From contig JABMPO010000052.1 in NCBI GenBank assembly GCA_013203015.1, forward strand, positions 1 to 32,389: a DNA stretch of 32,389 nucleotides. Direction: 5' to 3'. A program made the position numbers and the translations under genes. Numbering within the stretch: position 1 is the first letter of the stretch; each line of letters begins with the position of its first letter. Positions 28,114 through 32,389 of the stretch are shown piece by piece. The notes under the pieces were generated by a model. It was not told where the DNA came from. It was given only the letters and a program-made list of their open reading frames with translations, and made no database searches. Source of the stretch: Fidelibacterota bacterium (GTDB taxonomy: Bacteria > Fidelibacterota > Marinisomatia > Marinisomatales > TCS56).

Positions 28114-29217
28114 TTAACGAATTTTAAAAGTGCCGAAGCTGAATAATGCCAGCAATATGCCGATAATCCAGAAACGAATAACGATTTTGGTTTCGGGCCA
28201 ACCGGATAGTTCGAAATGATGGTGAATTGGCGCCATTTTAAAAATACGTTTTCCTTCACCGGTTCGTTTTTTGGTCCATTTGAAATAACCAACCTGGAGC
28301 ATGACTGAGGCAACCTCAACCACAAAAACGCCGCCAATAATTAATAGTAGAATTTCTTTTTTCAGGAGAACTGCCAGAGTACCCAGAGCCGCACCGGTGG
28401 CTAACGAACCGGTATCACCCATAAAAACCTGTGCGGGAGCAGAATTGAACCACAGATAACCCAGGGAAGCTCCAGTCATTGCGGCCGCGAAAATCGTTAG
28501 TTCACCAGCGCCTGGCAAATAGATGATATTCAGGTAGTCGGAGAAATCGACACGACCTGATAGATAGGCAATTCCGGCAAATACCATAAATGCGATTGCT
28601 GATAAACCAGCCGCCAGTCCATCAAGACCGTCAGTCAGATTAACAGCATTGCTGAAGCCGGTTATGATGAGAATGATGAACAGGGGATATAGCAACCCGA
28701 AATCCAGTTCGTAATTTTTCAGAAATGGAATCGAGGTAACGCTACGCATATCATGAAATTCCGGTGCAAGAAATATCCAGGCGCTAACTGCAAGCCCCAG
28801 GATTATTTGTCCGGCTAATTTATATTTGGCGACCAGGCCACTTTTGGTTTTGCGAATTGTCTTAAGATAATCATCGATAAAGCCGATTAACCCCATCCAG
28901 GAAACGGCCAGCAGGATTATCAGTATATAGGTGTTATCCAATCTGGCAAAAAGGAGGGTGGGGACAAGAACTGCAATTAGAATGATAACTCCCCCCATTG
29001 TGGGTGTGCCCTGCTTTCTCAGATGAGATTGAGGACCGTCAGTTCGGATTTCCTCACCAATCTGGTGACGTTCCAGTAATCGGATAATCCAAGGACCAAT
29101 AAGAAAGCTTAAGAGCAAGGCCAGGATGGCGGCTGACGTTGCGCGGAAGGTGATATATTGAAATATATTCAATCCGGAGAGGTATGATTTCAATGGGTAG
29201 AGCAGGTGGTACAACAT
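28114..29217 (-). CDS. mraY: phospho-N-acetylmuramoyl-pentapeptide transferase
   Basis: Motifs NAVNLTDGLDGLA, MGDTGSLATGA and PIHHHFE. Confidence 0.97.
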   Translation of the reverse strand: MLYHLLYPLKSYLSGLNIFQYITFRATSAAILALLLSFLIGPWIIRLLERHQIGEEIRTDGPQSHLRKQGTPTMGGVIILIAVLVPTLLFARLDNTYILIILLAVSWMGLIGFIDDYLKTIRKTKSGLVAKYKLAGQIILGLAVSAWIFLAPEFHDMRSVTSIPFLKNYELDFGLLYPLFIILIITGFSNAVNLTDGLDGLAAGLSAIAFMVFAGIAYLSGRVDFSDYLNIIYLPGAGELTIFAAAMTGASLGYLWFNSAPAQVFMGDTGSLATGAALGTLAVLLKKEILLLIIGGVFVVEVASVMLQVGYFKWTKKRTGEGKRIFKMAPIHHHFELSGWPETKIVIRFWIIGILLALFSFGTFKIR

Positions 29218-30560
29218 CAGGTAGCCCTCAACTCATCGATCAGAGTTTCCATTGCCATACCCCGGGAACCTTTTAATAAAATTGTGTCACCGGTTTGAAA
29301 ATATTCACTTAAATTCACCAGCAGTTGAGTTTTGTCAGTGAAGTGTTTTTTAGTGTTGTTTTCGATAGTGTCGTAAGTGTATCTGCTGTCATTGCCGACG
29401 GTAAAAACTGCATCCAATCTGGTTTCATTCGCTTTATCACCGACCTGGCGGTGCAGTTTTGGAGAATCGGGTCCCAGCTCGAACATATCGCCAAAAATCA
29501 GAATCTTACGGCCGGTAGTTTGGAAATTTGCCAGAAAATCAATAGCCGCCGCGGTGGAAACCAGATTAGCGTTGTAAGTATCATCAATAATTGTCAATCC
29601 GCCCGATTCAATAACAACGCATCTTCCTTTCGGAGATTGAAATGTGAGCAATTGTTTTTGCAGCGCAGACCAATCTAATTCCAGGGTAATTGCAATTGCT
29701 GATGCCGCCAGGAGGTTCTTTGCGAATACCGGATTGCAGGTCGGTAAGGATAATTCCTGTCCGTTAATGGTCATCAATAGGCTGTTCACTCCAGCTTTGC
29801 CAATAAATTGCGCTGTGAAGTCAGCCGGAGAATGAAAACTAAACGATATTTGATCACCGCTAATGTCGATCCTTGAAACCCGCTTGTCGTCGAGATTGAC
29901 AAAGGCTGTCCCCTGAGGAAGTGCCCAGAATAATTCGCTTTTGGTTCGGGCAATTTCTTCGATACTGCCGAATCCTTCCAAGTGGGCTGGGGCGATATTG
30001 GTGATCAACCCGTGGGTTGGTTTTGCCATATTTGTCAGCTGGACAATATCACCGGGTTGATTGGCGCCAAATTCCAGAACCGAGATTTCATGTTCGGATG
30101 TCATTTGCAGCAGGGTTAGTGGCAAGCCAATGGACGTATTGAAATTACCCGTCGTGACATGGATCTTGTATTTCGCGCTGAGCAGGTGCGCTAATAATTC
30201 TTTGGTACTGGTTTTACCGTTGGTGCCGGTTATACCGATCACCGGAATAGTGAATTGCCGGCGCCAGTCACTTGCTATTAAGCCTAATGTTCTGACCGGA
30301 TTATTTACCTGTATCTGCTTAAGGCCGGTAATTGCGGGATTTACCCGTTCTACCAACACCGCGCTGGCTCCCGCAGATTTGACCTGCTCGAGAAAATCAT
30401 GGCCGTCGACTCGCTCGCCTTTAATTGCCACGTACAGGTCGCCCGACTGACATTCCCGGCTATCGGTAGAAATACCGGTTGGGAGCACCGTTATTTCGTC
30501 GCCAGTGACGATCTGCACTAATTCAGCAAATTGTTCGGGATCAGGCAGATCAATTCGCAT
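29217..30560 (-). CDS. murF: UDP-N-acetylmuramoyl-tripeptide--D-alanyl-D-alanine ligase
   Basis: Motifs ISTDSR and the P-loop [14 protein letters not shown] prefer the ATG at 30560 (11-nt overlap with murE) over the track's TTG at 30575. Confidence 0.94.
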   Translation of the reverse strand: MRIDLPDPEQFAELVQIVTGDEITVLPTGISTDSRECQSGDLYVAIKGERVDGHDFLEQVKSAGASAVLVERVNPAITGLKQIQVNNPVRTLGLIASDWRRQFTIPVIGITGTNGKTSTKELLAHLLSAKYKIHVTTGNFNTSIGLPLTLLQMTSEHEISVLEFGANQPGDIVQLTNMAKPTHGLITNIAPAHLEGFGSIEEIARTKSELFWALPQGTAFVNLDDKRVSRIDISGDQISFSFHSPADFTAQFIGKAGVNSLLMTINGQELSLPTCNPVFAKNLLAASAIAITLELDWSALQKQLLTFQSPKGRCVVIESGGLTIIDDTYNANLVSTAAAIDFLANFQTTGRKILIFGDMFELGPDSPKLHRQVGDKANETRLDAVFTVGNDSRYTYDTIENNTKKHFTDKTQLLVNLSEYFQTGDTILLKGSRGMAMETLIDELRAT

Positions 30561-32007
30561 TGGTATACTGCTCAATAATTTTTAGGTCCGAATAAAACAC
30601 TTTTTCACCTTCAATATCCTGATATTCTTCCCGGCCTTTTCCCAGGACAACCAGAACATCTTTTTCCCTTAGCTGGCCCAACGCTGTTTCCAGTGCCGAA
30701 CCCCGGTCGTCAAAAACCGTATGATTGGTATTTTTGAAACCGGCCAGGATATCACCGTTAATCTGATCGATTTCTTCAAAACGAGGGTTATCAGGAGTAA
30801 TAAAACAATGGTGACAATATTTTTCAGCAATTGCAGCCATTTCAGGGCGCTTGCTACGATCGCGATCACCGCCGCAGCCAAAGACTAGCGAGAGTTTGCC
30901 ATCTTCAGCCATAATTCGACTGATCGATTCCAGGACTTTGCCATAGGCATCGGGAGTATGGGCGTAATCAACGACTACCGTTCCGCCATTGCGGGTCATT
31001 AAGCGCTCCATGCGGCCGGGAATCTGCCGGCATTCTCTAATTCCGCGGCTGATTATTCCGGGCTCAATTCCCATGGCCCAGGCAGTTGTTACCGCCGTCA
31101 AAATATTTTCCAGATTGAAACTACCAATCAAGGGCGACTGAATCATTAACCGATGCTCGCCAATTTCAATGAGCCCCTTGGTTCCGTCGATAGCTGCTTT
31201 CCAGTCGATATAATGGGCATCAGCGCTGATTGTCATTGACGTTGTTACAGCCGGTGCCCGGCAATCGGATTTTAACTGTTGGCCGTATTCATCATCGATA
31301 TTTATTATGGCAGTGGCAGTAATCGGCAGAGTCTTGAATAAATGTGCTTTGGCCTGGTAGTAGTCATCCATGCTGCCATGATAATCCAGGTGTTCCCGGG
31401 TCAGGTTGGTAAAAGCGGCAAATTTATACTCCACATCGGCCACTCTTTGCTGATGTATGGCATGGGAAGACACTTCCATGACGGCGTGAGTGCAACCGTC
31501 TGCCAGGATATCGGCGAATAATTTTTGCAGCTTCCCGGCGTTTAGGGTGGTCAGTGATTTACCCTGAGAATAATCGCCGGCGAAAACCCCCAGTGTACCT
31601 AATAAGGCGGATTTTATGTCAGCGGTTTTCAGAATCGAATCAATTAAAAACGAAGTTGTTGTTTTACCATTGGTACCGGTAACACCTATTACCGTTAATT
31701 CTTTTGACGGGTGACCAAAGAATTCCGCCGCTATTATAGATTCCGCGCGGCGCGGGTCATTTACACGAATGCGTGATACCGGTAATTCAGGCAGGTCGCG
31801 ACTGTCAGTAACGATTGCAACGGCGCCTTTTTCGATTGCCTGATCGATATAGTCGTGACCATCACTATGGGATCCTGGTATGGCGATAAAGATAAATCCC
31901 TGCTCGATTGCATTGGAATCAGAAGTGAGACCAAATATTGGGATTTGGGGAATTGCTTCCAATCCCGAAACCAGTCCTACCATCAATTTGTGCAGATAGC
32001 GTTTCAT
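30550..32007 (-). CDS. murE: UDP-N-acetylmuramoyl-L-alanyl-D-glutamate--2,6-diaminopimelate (or L-Lys) ligase
   Basis: P-loop [13 protein letters not shown] and motif [12 protein letters not shown] overlap with the ftsI stop. Confidence 0.95.
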   Translation of the reverse strand: MKRYLHKLMVGLVSGLEAIPQIPIFGLTSDSNAIEQGFIFIAIPGSHSDGHDYIDQAIEKGAVAIVTDSRDLPELPVSRIRVNDPRRAESIIAAEFFGHPSKELTVIGVTGTNGKTTTSFLIDSILKTADIKSALLGTLGVFAGDYSQGKSLTTLNAGKLQKLFADILADGCTHAVMEVSSHAIHQQRVADVEYKFAAFTNLTREHLDYHGSMDDYYQAKAHLFKTLPITATAIINIDDEYGQQLKSDCRAPAVTTSMTISADAHYIDWKAAIDGTKGLIEIGEHRLMIQSPLIGSFNLENILTAVTTAWAMGIEPGIISRGIRECRQIPGRMERLMTRNGGTVVVDYAHTPDAYGKVLESISRIMAEDGKLSLVFGCGGDRDRSKRPEMAAIAEKYCHHCFITPDNPRFEEIDQINGDILAGFKNTNHTVFDDRGSALETALGQLREKDVLVVLGKGREEYQDIEGEKVFYSDLKIIEQYTNAN

Positions 32008-32389
32008 TTCAGTCCTATTATGCAGGCTGAATTGAGGGCTACCTGTTGCCCGGGTCCAGGGCTCTGCCAGGCGACTTTACCTGATCCCTGGAATTTTGGG
32101 ATCAAGCCGGCCGTACGGATGGTTTGCAAGGCTTTGCGCAGGCTCATCCCACGAATATCCGGGATTGTGCACTGATCCTCATTGGCCGCTGTTTTTACCT
32201 GCGCCATTGTTGACAGCGAAACCAGATGGTCCGTTGTCATTGTGACCGGAGGGGCAGTTAGCTGGGGGGTTAGGGAAGTAGGAACTGATATGGCTGAGGA
32301 GGCCAGTAGCAGGTCATCGTCCAGATTGATGATCCGCTGGGCTACTCGTTTAAATATGGGAGCGGCGCCAATGCTACCCCAATGATAAC
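32004..32389 (-). CDS. ftsI: class B penicillin-binding protein FtsI, C-terminal part (runs off the right window edge), ending in a PASTA domain
   Basis: The reading frame has no stop from 32240 to the window end. Hand translation upstream of the listed Met gives ...[25 protein letters not shown]..., the conserved end of a transpeptidase domain. The last ~60 aa ([42 protein letters not shown]) look like a PASTA repeat. Confidence 0.88.
   Translation of the reverse strand, partial: YHWGSIGAAPIFKRVAQRIINLDDDLLLASSAISVPTSLTPQLTAPPVTMTTDHLVSLSTMAQVKTAANEDQCTIPDIRGMSLRKALQTIRTAGLIPKFQGSGKVAWQSPGPGQQVALNSACIIGLK

Noticed and set aside
1-32389. A search for a defence island, mobile element, CRISPR array, tRNA/rRNA or large structured non-coding RNA.
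   Set aside because: Every ORF over 100 aa that does not overlap a better gene is accounted for by a core-metabolism, translation or cell-envelope function. The longest intergenic gaps (about 137, 124, 110 and 100 nt) are explained by terminators or AT-rich promoter regions. I noticed no integrase, transposase or nuclease-helicase signatures and no flanking direct repeats, although a repeat search by eye over 32 kb is not exhaustive.

Overview
Bacterial chromosomal window of moderate GC that is almost entirely coding. I call 34 CDS, 4 on the + strand and 30 on the - strand.

Gene content, left to right:
- + strand: the 3' part of a polyprenyl diphosphate synthase, a PGI/PMI-type SIS isomerase, and a DUF151+UVR bifunctional nuclease.
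- - strand: a classical lipid operon, yceD-rpmF-plsX-fabH-fabD-fabG-acpP-fabF-rnc.
- - strand: a sucC-sucD-ndk operon that continues into a SPOR lipoprotein and an uncharacterised polytopic membrane protein, and is closed by a strong terminator.
- - strand: a terminator-bounded COG2403 / cyclic-2,3-diphosphoglycerate-synthetase-like P-loop gene, then pruA, then GNAT-dusB.
- + strand: rpmB.
- - strand: a very compact dcw cluster, ftsI (partial, PASTA tail)-murE-murF-mraY-murD-ftsW-murG-murC-murB-ftsQ-ftsA-ftsZ.

rpmF (59 aa) is missing from the ORF track and was found by hand translation. Several track ORFs start at upstream TTG/GTG codons, and I trimmed these to better-supported starts.

I see no rRNA, tRNA, CRISPR array, transposase or integrase, prophage, toxin-antitoxin or recognisable defence genes. 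No non-coding stretch exceeds about 140 bp.

This looks like an ordinary core-genome region, and I do not find a convincing novel multi-gene system. The items most worth a second look are:
- the two uncharacterised envelope proteins at the end of the sucCD-ndk operon;
- the bacterial cpgS-like P-loop gene and the perfect palindrome upstream of it;
- a terminator embedded in the 3' end of rnc, where two convergent genes abut with no spacer;
- a PASTA domain on FtsI;
- a Bacteroidetes/FCB-style promoter upstream of rpmB.

All functional calls rest on motif recognition by eye, not on database searches.
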